A stretch of 64,000 nt of DNA from Vermamoeba vermiformis (taxonomy: Eukaryota), in contig JBEWZL010000232.1 of NCBI GenBank assembly GCA_045837725.1, positions 124,001 to 188,000 on the forward strand, in the 5' to 3' direction. This document shows positions 12,325 through 23,963 of the stretch, one piece after another. A program made the translations under genes and the position numbers. Each line of letters begins with the position of its first letter. Positions within the stretch are counted from its first letter, which is position 1. Below the pieces are notes generated by a model. It was not told the origin of the DNA and searched no databases. It saw nothing but the letters and a program-made list of their open reading frames with translations.

Positions 12325-14979
12325 TCACTTCTTAACAGAGTACCGGAAATTCATTATGTCTATTGAAGATTGGTAAGTGTTTTGGCCTCGTGACTCCTCC
12401 GAACCTTCAGATTTGGAGTGGAGAACCATGCTGGGGCTCTGAATTATCGGCGTGGCACTCCAATTATCAGAACTATAGTAGCCATAGCCCGGAGTATAAT
12501 AAGGGTAGCTATAGGCGTGAGTATAGGGACTCTGGTTGAATTCAATTTCCGGATTTGGTGCCTGGAGTTGGGGTTGGCGCCGTGCATCGAGAGGCTGTAT
12601 CTGAGTGTGCCATGTAGGGTACTTGTCCTGTTCGAGCATAACCTCGTCTTGCTGTTGAGCCATGTTGACGGGATTTATCGATACGAAGCGCGGAAGTACC
12701 GACACTGGATTTGGAATTGGTTTTGCTTCAGCGCGAACTGAATTGCTATGAAACATACCAAACTGAGTAGTAGAATCGCTGGTATTGTTTTTTCGATCAG
12801 CAGACGTCAAGTTGAAAGGATCTGGAACCGGAATCTGACGAGACCGAGCCCAAGTTTCAATCTTAGCCTGAATTTGATGCAACCGCTCGTTGTTCTTTTC
12901 GAAATCGGGCGGACTATGATCGCTACTACGCTGCAGCCTCTGCTTCAACAGCCAGGAGACCATTCTTCGCTCGAGCTTAGCCCATCCCTTGGCGCGAGTC
13001 TTAAGGGTGAGATACGCACTGACGGTAGTAGTACTATAAAGAGTAATTCGTTAGTAAGATTCTTTGGCATTAACTAAAGAGCCATATAAGGTATGAACAC
13101 ACTTTACGAAGTTAATTAAATTTCACGTGAGCAGGGTGGAAAAATTTCCGCCTTTAGCACGCGCACGGTAAAACATTGAAAGACAGAGCGGAGAGTCGAT
13201 TTGGTAATCGAAAATGTTAATATTCATGAATAACAGTAACGTGCTATGTTTTTCCATTTGTGTTTTTGTTTTGGTCCGTCTCATCCAATTCTTCGCTCAC
13301 CGGAGCCAGATGTGACACGAAGTGCACGGTAACGCACTTTTTATCCCTAGCACTAGCTTTGCAGCAAATTTCGTGTGCATGCACTAGAGACTAGTTTAAA
13401 CTGCGTATATCTGACCAATCTCCGAAAGCTGTCACACACTTCAATACCCCGAGCGATTTACCGGTAAATTGAATCACGAAATCACCGGCCAGAGTATGCC
13501 CGTTTGCCATGCACGCGGCACAACTACTGATTAGTACTTTCACGTCGAAGTACACGCGCAGACCTCGTAAATTGCAATATTGAAAAACGACTTGTCGTTG
13601 TAATTTTTCAAACGAAATTCATGTTCGCGGATAGCGATCACGTGAAAAGTGCCCATCGCATGGACTATGAAATTAAATTTGTGGAATTGCTCGGTTCTTA
13701 CGTTGGTACCACACAAAGAAGATCCGAACGTTCGTCATCGATATCGGTCTACGTGGTAATTGTTTTTTGTCAAGATTACCATGTTTTAAGTTACACATAT
13801 ATGGAACATATGATACTATCTCCGCAGCAGTTAAATATTGCAAACACAGATAGTTTAGATTTGGTAACGGGTAGTTAAAATTCTCTACATTTGGAAAAAT
13901 CGAGGATAATTTTAAAACATTAACTCAGCGCATAAAATATAGGAATTAAACGAATATTGGTGATTGGCTCTGCATCCGGAGATTTTTGAAAACGAAAGAA
14001 ATTATAGAAAATTCATATCATAACTATTAATTAATTACCTCATTTCTATGTCGGCAGCAAGATCTTTTTGGTTCTTTTGTAAAATAACCAGCGCTCCCTT
14101 AATGGCCGAAACTAACTCCGTGCTGCCAACAGTCTTGTTCATCTTCTCCTGAGGCTCAGGAAATAGGCTGGGTACCTCAGCAGGTACTACACCATGTGTT
14201 TGAGGCTGTCCACTTAAAGAGCTGTGAAGATTCTGTTGTTCAAACCGAGATTAGATTTGATCAAACTTGTACCAAGTAGATCGTACCTTTCTTTTACAGC
14301 TAATGCACAAAAACCGACGGGAATATCCCGTACCAGGTGCTTCAGCGTTTACATGGTGCCTTTAATAAGATTTATGTTACTTTAGTGCGAACAGAAAATA
14401 AAAGTCAAATTTTCGTGAGACAAGGTTTACGGGCCTTTAAAAGGAAAGTCGAGGATCCGGGTATATACTGTAATTTGTGCACCCATCTCCAACGGAGGTG
14501 GTTCATAATGATATAACGCGAAGATTTAATGACTTACCTGCAGAAGGACGTAGAACATTGAGCGCATCTTTCCAGATCCTTCTCATCTGTGACAACTTCG
14601 GGGCCGCACAAATGACAATAATGAAGCATGCATTTCCTTAACACAAAACGTTAATAATCCAAATTTCTTGACATTTCTTAGCCAGACTCCGATCCGGATC
14701 TGTTGCTTACCAGCTCGTATTGTGAGGTTGAACTTGCGTATTTAACGGCAAACAAAATAAATGATAATTGTTTTTGCACACAGAACATGATATTATAGAT
14801 TTTTGGTCGCGCTGATGGCAGATTGCGCAGGATGATTGCTGATCCATTGCTTGCCATGGAGAAAATTCGGACATATTGTTTTCGCCGGAGCCTACGAGGC
14901 CTTGCCGACCGCCATATATTTCGTGTGGGTGTGGGTACATCGGTAAAACTAAAACTTCCTCGCTGTTGTGGTAATACAT
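12325..14979 (-). CDS. PHD-finger plus HTH-like domain protein (paralog B); start approximate
   Basis: CAIC...CSVCKNNYHLFC and HYCHLC..RCAQCSTSFCRHH..FLCISC, then LQKNQKDLAADIEMSTTTVSAYLTLKTRAKGWAKLERRMVSWL across a 1005-nt intron. Confidence 0.6.
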
Positions 14980-16168
14980 CCGACTCGTAGCATTGTAATA
15001 CCACAAAAGAAAAGTGATCAGGGTAAATTAACTAACGTTCCACGTGATTCGATCTACTTAAAAGGTATTGTCAATACCATAACAGGACCAGCGATCGTTT
15101 ATTCGTTACGTCGGAACAGAGATCTCTGGGAGTTTTATGACCAAAAAGGGAATTCTTGCCTACTATGGCATAGGAGTTTGCTGACGGCTTCGCAACTCTT
15201 CTTCATGAAAGGTTCGCACGCACGATATATATAACTTATTCTGGTAAGAAACCAGGAAGATAAGCTACGGACAATTGACTCGGGCATTTTTTGCTTACAA
15301 ACGTGTCAAAGCATTCTAAAGCTGCTATTTAGCCGACGCTATAGCATCGCTTGTATAAATCCGCGGTAGTTTCGAAGATACGGTACCTCTAAGGTTCCTT
15401 TGGTTCAAGCTCGGGCGTAGAAAACTCCCCACCGGAAGTTCGTCCGTTTGGCCACTGGAAGGTTCTGTAATATCCGAAGTTGCTTGTCTGTTGCAATATT
15501 ATTAAATTAATTAGCGGGACATCTCGTCTCAGTCTCGAGACGCTTCTGGTAGAAACGCAAATTCCAAACGTGGATTTGGTCAAAAAAATGAGCTATAAAA
15601 CCGGTGATTCTTCCTGACAATTAATTATCCTAAGAATTTGATGAGAACAACACGAAGCAACATGAAGGGAAAGAACAATAAATTAGGTAAGCTGACCAAT
15701 TCAGATATTTTAGATAAAAATTAATGAAATCACGAAAATAATTATTTTTCAAGCCGCTTCAAATTGTTTAAATACCTTCAACTCGGTCATTTGTAATTAT
15801 CAATTATTAAAGCCTATATTAGTGAATTGGTCTGCTCCTTGTGACTAATGGCTAAACGGTATTCGCGGCTGATCTTGGTCGCGAATGCTGCGTTGGGTTC
15901 GGTTAACGTTCCCAAACGAAATAGGTAAACAACCAATCGAATTTTGTAATTCACAAGAAACTGCTGATGTGGTTATTCGAATGCTTAGTCATTCCGCATT
16001 ACTAAAATCCTGCGAAAAAAATCGGCCGAAAATTCGTGGGCCAAGAATTCAGATAAAAGCGACCGATTTTTTATGCGGCATTTTTCTAACTCTGTATAAA
16101 CTGTAAATAAGGCCACACCTCGCCTGTATATATTTGTTAATAGTTTCTTCTTGTACATAGTTGCCCCA

Positions 16169-17740
16169 ATGCAAGAAATGACTTCACACGATAAGAAATT
16201 ACCTACTACGTCGGCAGATTTGCTGATGTTGCTCGCCGAAGCAGCTATTCCTGAATTAGAATTCAACTCATGCAGCAAGAATGTACAATATATCGACGGC
16301 ACATCACAACCATACAATTCCAAACAACTGATCAAAGATTCGGAATCTTCATCCACCGGATTTTTCAGAGAAACTTCGAACCTGATTTGCCAACAGCCCA
16401 ACTTCTTCCACAATCTGAGAGATATAGTTCACTATATTGACGCAGATACAAATTTGCGACACAGAGTTTGGGCGGAGTTCCAGAATCGCATCAAGACCCT
16501 TCCCGATCGAGTGCAAAACAGCGTTCAAGTCGATGAAAATCTCCTGATACTTCCACAACTCGAATATTGGTTGCAGGACCATTCCAGTTTTTCACCTCTC
16601 ATCGATGCCCTAGCGTTTTCAATTTCGCACGCGACCAGTCGCGATGTGCCGATGGAGACCTCCTATTGGACTCAAACAACCCCCAACAATGTATATATCC
16701 CCTCCGCTACCAAGTCTGACCATTTCCCCAACGATGAAGCTCAAGAAACCGACGCCACTCTCTCGATTTCGCCGTTCGGAACGGATTACCTCGCTAACTT
16801 AGAGAAGCTCATTTGCGTAAGTACCTAAACTCAATACAAAATCTTCCAACATAGATTTGCCTATCAATAGCAGAGTAAATCTTTGTTCAGTTCACCCAAT
16901 TCAATTTAATTCAAACTCGGTGAAATTTCTTGAACTTCCGTAAATCCGCAAATTCAATCTTCTCTTTTATGCAATAATACTAACTCCGTTCCGTTTTAAT
17001 AGCTACAAACATGGGCTCCTACCCTGGACAAACTTGCTCCGTCCGACAAGATCGCCATCTGGAGAATTTGCCAACTGATCCCCGCCTTTGGCAACAACTT
17101 CGATTCGACTTCCTTCCGCAAGACGATTAACAAGTGGGTGCAAGACCCCATCAACAACATGATGGCAGTTAATTTGCTGTTCTCTGCAATTGGTTACTTG
17201 AAGCACCACGGCGTCTTGAAGCACGAGTTCTTCTATCCCAAGACACTCGTCCCTGTCTTCAAGACCGGCGATGAGCTCAACGACAAAAACGCCAAGCGAA
17301 GACGCCGAAGAAGAAAGAACAGCCAAGGTCCTGCTGATGCTAACATTCCAGTGGTTCCTTTGTCGATCAACAAGCGACCAAATCCACCCTTCAAGTTTGC
17401 CACTGCCCACAACTCTGCCTTCAATACTCCTTTGTTTGCTGCGCCCATGGAAGAGCACATGGACATTGACTCGCACTCCACTAGCGAAGACTACACCGCT
17501 CCTGTCTCTCACAAGAGGAGTTTCAGCGAGATGTCCCTTTCGGAAACTCAGGGTTCCCACGCCAACAAAGAGAATATGGACCCTTCTTTGAAGGCTATGC
17601 CTGGCGTGTGGCAGCAATCCCAAAAGCGAAGGAAGTTGGACACGAGCGGCGGTTTATTGAACTCGAAGACCGCTGGATCAAGCTCACCTTCCGCGGACAA
17701 TGACGGTGTGATGAAGATCTCTCACATACTGTGCCATTGA
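16169..17740 (+). CDS. Uncharacterised, probably nuclear protein
   Basis: Two exons (intron 16817-17002) join in frame. Contains KRRRRRRK (NLS-like), a KEN box and C-terminal MKISHIL. Confidence 0.6.
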
Positions 17741-18205
17741 CTAGCTTAAATTCTGACGACCCATTGTAAATACTCTCCTATTGGGTCGCTGGAAGCTTCG
17801 AGAAGGACGAGAGCAGATCTGGTTCATGTAACATAGAATGGAGTTGACTCCACTATTGTATATTTCAACGCTGTTAATGCTGTACATACAACGTTTTATT
17901 TATTTTCAATTGTAGAAATTGTAACTTGTATATTCAACACACTGTACAATGTAAAAAAGAATGTGTATTTGTTAATAATCGAATAAAAAGCGAATAGCCC
18001 GAAGAGGCTTACCCTCGAATCTTGTCTTCATCTTTCCTTGTCTAACATTCTTAAGTGTTGCACTGGCTCAAGATTGTTTCGTGCAAGAACTGTCAAGCTT
18101 TAAATTAACAAACGACAATCGTAAACAACACATTTGTGTGGTACAATCAAATGCACTTGTTGTTACTTTAGAAAGAATGCTACTATCAGTTACACTCTCG
18201 TAATC

Positions 18206-20628
18206 ATGTCGTCACATCCGGTAACATTTACGAGCGCATTAACGCTTCATCAACAAGAAAAAAGAAAATTAGATGGCGAAGAAAATGATACAAATAAGCC
18301 TACCAAGAAGCAGAAGGTAATTAAAGGGCCGAAATCCGTCGACGAAACTATATTAATTAATCAAATAAAATCCAAATAACATAAATATTAAGCTATAATT
18401 ACGTATACAGTTTATGGTTATATTAATTTAAATTAATAATTTTTTTTCGGCGCGAAATAGATCCACCACGAGTATTCGCCATTGTCAAAGGTCTGCTTCG
18501 GGGATAAGATTGAAAAGTATAATACGTATGGAATAGTCCTCAAATTTACGTCTATTGCACCAACAAAAGGCAAAGGTGAGTTTTCGAAGTATTTCGCAGA
18601 GGTTACTTTCGACTAACAGTACATAGATCATATGCGCATGGCATTCCTCGCCGACGAGTCATTGACATCCTTTCAAGTGCGCTTCTTCGCTTCTAAGGAC
18701 GAGCTGCCCTTATTCAATGCAGTTGGCGATATCATAAGGCTGCATCAGGTCATGGTACGCTGATAACAAAGGTTGGGTGTCAATCAATATGACTCACGTG
18801 CCCTTAGATTGATAGCTACAATAACACATATGGGCTAGTCCTCTTGCCTAACGTAAGTACACGATGAGCTCTTTTGCACTCAATGTTAACTGACTATCGC
18901 CTGTCAAGCACTCGTCTGTAGCTTTGTTCGATGGCTCTGAGAAACCCTGTGACGGCCACGCATATTGGAGCTCTATCAACACAGTAACCGACGAGAAGGA
19001 TGCGAAGCGGTAAGTCGATGTGAACACACTGTAGTTAGACTGACACGCGCAGGGTCGAGGAGTTGAAGAAGTGGTTCAAAGAGAACAAAGACCTCGCGCT
19101 TGGCTTCGATGCACCGACGCCGTTAGATGAGAACGCCGTTCAAGCTGTAAGGTCGCGGCCGAATTCTCCTGTAAAGCAGAACAGCGGCACAAACGTCAAG
19201 AGTTCCCCGACTAAATCAACCGCTCAAGTAAAGGGCGAGAGCACTACGGCCAATACAGGCCCTACCGCCAACGCGAAGAAGACCGGCGATACAATCCGTA
19301 CTGAAGTGCTGAACACAGTATTCATCGTGAAGAATAATACCAACACGGACGAGGCCGAGTCAACACCTCTCGGTTTCATTAAAAAAGAGGCGCCTCATTA
19401 TGGTAAGTGTTGCGTATGCACTCTTGCGTGTTCTAATGATGTTTTAGTACCATTGGGGCAACTAGATCCAAAGACAAAGCCGATGGTTGACTTGATTTGC
19501 AAGATCGAACTGATAGCACAGGAGACCAATTTCAAGAAAGTTTGGATTTGGGATGGCACGGGTAACCCACCAAAGCCAATGCTGTTGTTAGTTTGGAACA
19601 AGTCATTGCCTAATTTTGGAAATCCCCTCGACAAGTGGGTTCTGTTGACACGTGTCAAGATCAGTACGTCCTTTTACTTTGATGATTTTTCAATTGTTAA
19701 CAAGACCATAATAGAGACTTATCGCGACACGATTGATTTGGCGAGCACTGACAAATCTACAATGAGAGTGCTCGAAGACAATTCACCACTGATCGTTGCC
19801 GCGCTCAAGTACGAGGCGTTCATAAGCTTCGTTGGGTGATACTAACATTATTTGTTAGGGCAAATAACGTGTCGTATATCAACATCCCTAAGGCCAAGAA
19901 CAATAACACTAACAACAATAACAACAATAACAACAATAGTTCAGCCAAGAAAGTAGTCCACTCGCTGACAGTTATAAATACACCGAACAACGCGATCACG
20001 CCGCTTACATTTGTCGTCAATGACGTTGATGTGGGCAAGTACCGCATTGAAGGCACGGTCATTGACTATTGGCCCAAAGAGGTCGCTAAATTCACTAGCC
20101 CCGTGTGCTCGCAATGTGGCACGAAGTAAGTCACGTGTTATTACTAACGCGGCAATAAGCTTAATTCCTACTCGCATCGAATCGATATCTAATAACAATA
20201 CGACTATAGGGCCGAGTTGAAGGACAGACCGGAGTCCCTGGTTGATTGGAAGTGTCAGAAATGTTCCGCGCAAGTCAAGTACCGGTACAGATGTGCCATC
20301 AAGTTGCAAGATGAGAGCGAAGAGCTGCTAGTTACTATTGCAGATGATGGTGCTGTAAGTCGTTATTGGTCTACTCTTAAATAAGGAACAGCTGATCTAA
20401 CGCGCGATCCAGGACATGTTTTTCAAGGCAATACCGCCCACAGATCTCAGCTTGAGCAATGTATCTGTAAAGACATTAGAGTCCACTATGAAGAGCTTAA
20501 TCGGCATGAAAATAGAGCTCTGTGTAATGACGTACTACCCTCTGGATGCATCGGGATCAAAAACAAAGAAACGAGCACAAGTATTTGGGACGGAGCTAAA
20601 GAGCTTTCTGTTTAATAATGAAGATTAA
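18206..20628 (+). CDS. POT1: Protection of telomeres 1-like OB-fold protein
   Basis: YNTYGIVLKF..PTKGKD..LADESL..VRFFA..LP..VGDIIRLH (OB1) and C-terminal CSQC/CQKC with IKLQDESEELLV..DMFFKAIPP. Confidence 0.75.
19899..19937 (+). repeat. (AAC/AAT)n poly-Asn microsatellite within the POT1-like CDS
   Basis: aacaataacactaacaacaataacaacaataacaacaat. Confidence 0.8.
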
Positions 20629-20750
20629 TAAATATTATTGTATTATAGTTAATAATTACAAAAGCCACGTGCTGCCTCCTAAATTGCCGAACGGAAAAAA
20701 ATCAGAGCTCATTCTTGACTTGTTATTTGAACCCACAAGTGCCTCAAATC

Positions 20751-22747
20751 ATGAATCTATATAATATTTATATTTGTGTATCATTATTCGTACTTTCTAT
20801 TGGCCTAGTATCATTCGCGAATGCAGATCTCACTTGTTCGTCCTCTTTCGTGATGAGAAACGATTCCTCAATCGATCAGATTGCAGCTAAGGTACGAATT
20901 CATTATTTTTCATGATAGTAATGCTAAACTACCTGATAGGTGCCTTTTCTAATACAAACTATTTTTAAATTAAATGAAAAATCAAGATAAAATCAACTAA
21001 TACATGATTCCAAATAATAACGGCAGCGTTTCATAAATTAATGCTCGGATAACTTATCTAAGCTAATTCTGTCACAATAGGTCCGGTCAAACTTCCTCGC
21101 TACTCGTCCTCGCGCATTTGATCGCTTAGACTTTACAATTTTGATCGAGCAAGACGATGGAACTTGGATTCAAAGCAGCTACAATCCTTATCATCTCGCT
21201 TACCCCGCTAGGTTCGTTCACATCCACAGATCTACTGTACAACCGATACCAGAACCATGATTTTAATATGATATTACAGTTGCGTTAAATTGGCTTACAT
21301 GGCTTCTGCTGTTCATTTTTGCCACGAAAATGGTTTGAAGTACGACTGTTTGGACTCCTATGTTCGACCGATGATTGGCGTACGTCCAGTACTATTACAT
21401 AGACCCATCTATGAATAGGACTTTCTCAGTATCATATAGACGAGAGCTAAGTATTATTTTTGACTTCAGGTTTCGGATAATCTTCAGACAGGCATTGTAG
21501 TTGATTCCATAACAGGCGCACCCAACGTTGTAAACATGACCGCGTACGGCCCTCAATTCGATCAGTGGTATCACAAACGATTGTACACACATCGTTTCTT
21601 GGACAGCCACGGACTGTTAGGCAATCAAAGCATTTATCAAAAGACCTATCCTAGCAACAGTGGCCGTAAGTACCCTTGACACGTGTCACCACGTACATGT
21701 CACGGCTAACAAGATTAACTATAGAAACGCCCAATGGTGCTGAAAGCTTGGCTCTTCAACGCTACGGCAAAAATCAAATGTGTCCTCTTTGTGCTGCTTA
21801 TTTGATCCTCGAGGTCGTGTCTGGCAAGTTGATTCACGATGAACGCTCAGTTGAGTACATGACCGACCTGTTGGTGCACTTCAGGTGGACTGGCTACACC
21901 TCTTTTGGTTTTGGCTTGCCTCCTGGTACCATTATGAAGACTAAGATCGGCGATGCCTATGACACTGTTGAAGGTAAGGTGTCACCAAGATGACATGTCT
22001 CGTTAACATTGGTCAATAGAAATTGCTTACGTCACTCTGCCTAATGGAAAGAGATTCGTTTTGGCTGCTTTCTCGAACGGTATCGAATTGGAGTAAGTAT
22101 CAACGCGCTTTATTCGAAACATGTGCTGATCTGTCCTAGGCAACCTCCTCCTTATGACACTAGCTGTCTCGGTGTCTTCGCTGAAATGCTTATCGAAGCC
22201 TTGGGACTCACTGAAGGTAAGATGCGCGGCTAGATATAGGACATGTGTTCATCTTTTCCTAATTAGGCAATCCTGAGAAGATTGTTGCCACCAAGCCTGG
22301 CCCCTTGACAGGCAAATGGACACCGGCCAAAGACTTGCCAGACAAGTACGGCGACGTCTACTACGTGAACAGCGATGGCGGCACGTTCTCGTTCCAAGCC
22401 AATCTTCAAGGCGGGCTGTACGAAGTTGCCATTTGGAGTCCGCAAAGCAAAAACTTCTCTCGGGCCACAACTGTCACTATCAATCACAGCGATGGCACTG
22501 GTTCGACTACTCTCGATCAGACTCATTACGGAGGTCGGTGGTACAATCTCGGAGATTTCAGATTTGATGCTGGATTGCACACGGTAAGTCTGATGTTGGG
22601 CTGAAAAGTTGAATGGATACTTATTTTGGTTCTTTTTTACAGAATATAGTCACTGTCACTAACAACGGCGGCACTACTGTCGCCAATGCTGTCAAATTGA
22701 CGCGCTGGCCTGAGTGCAATGGAGTGCCTGGCGCTGTTTGTGCTTAA
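20751..22747 (+). CDS. Secreted class A beta-lactamase/PBP-fold serine hydrolase with C-terminal golvesin-like beta-sandwich
   Basis: Signal peptide, YPASCVK (SxxK), VSDN (SxN) and KTKIG (KTG-like). The C-terminal region reads GLYEVAIW..TLDQTHYGGRWYNLGDFRF..TVANAVKL. Confidence 0.75.
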
Positions 22748-23042
22748 GTCATTCTCTTTATTAAAATCCTAGTTTGCGGTTCCAAATCGACCTCAAAAAT
22801 CTGTTCGTCGTTTTCTTTTTGCATCTCGGAGTGCTTGCGTTTAGTTCCCTTAGAAGCTCGGCGTATTCGAGGATTGGCATCAACAAATTCAGGTTGTACT
22901 TTATCAGACTTTGGTTTGTGGTAGCGAGAAGTTGTTGTTCAAAAAAAATTGGATGCAAACCAAAATTTCTGCGTTTTCAAAACCGGAACAGAAATTCAAT
23001 TTTGTTTATCTACTTTTGCAACAACTGCACCACAACTCAAGT

Positions 23043-23735
23043 ATGTCTTCTATCATGGACTTACCGATCACAAAGCTCGAGAACATGCACATCTCTCCCA
23101 AGCAGAATGCAGCCGAATTACAGACTTCAATTATCTTGCCTCCACAAATCCAGCTCATGCAGCCAGGTTATGTTGATAGGGGAATTCCAGCCGTCGAAGA
23201 GCTTCATTATTTCAAGAAGGGATGCGTATACGATGAAGCTGCCACGGCAATTCAAACCTTGCATCCGCAGAATTATTCAATCGAATTTGGCAATACACTG
23301 GCAGTTATCTTTTGGTACAACAACATGCCTTCAATATATCCGCGACTATCGCCCGAGGAACTGCTCGAATGGGGAAGGCAACGACTTGCACATCTGAATG
23401 TGAAGCTGCCGGACTTGCGGTCGCTGACGAGCGCCATCAATGACTACGTGCTTCTCGATGATATCGATTATGCCGACGCCATCGATTTATTGCACGTGTA
23501 TTTGCTGCAGTTCAATTGGCTACGTCTCAAGAAAGACGCCAAACCTGGAAGGTACGTGGTTTCAAATCCAGACAGAATTCGGTAGTCGATCGCAATGAGA
23601 TCGAACGGAATATGTATAATGTATTGTATTTATATATTGTGAAGCTATAAAGATGGAGTTATTTTTTGCTTTCGCTTTGCCAAAGCTCGGCGGATTTGCA
23701 GTTGCAAACAAGCATCCTGTTGTAGATCGACTTAG
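23043..23735 (+). CDS. Hypothetical protein
   Basis: Long ORF with a GTACGT donor at 23552 and an in-frame Cys-rich last exon ending TAG at 23735. The start is uncertain. Confidence 0.45.
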
Positions 23736-23963
23736 AACGGCAACAACTACCTGGCATTGACCGAGCCTTTATTAATATTCGTTATAAAAGTACAAGGTCG
23801 AGAGGTACGGTCACGCGCCCCTCGCTACAGTTTTTTTTTCAGATGTGTCTTCTTTTTCTGATTGCAAGTTGATTTTGGCTTGTGTTATTTACAAATACAC
23901 TTCATACAACAGAGCTGCATAGAGTGATGCAGATCTGTGCTTATCTTTACAAAAAATTGAGGT

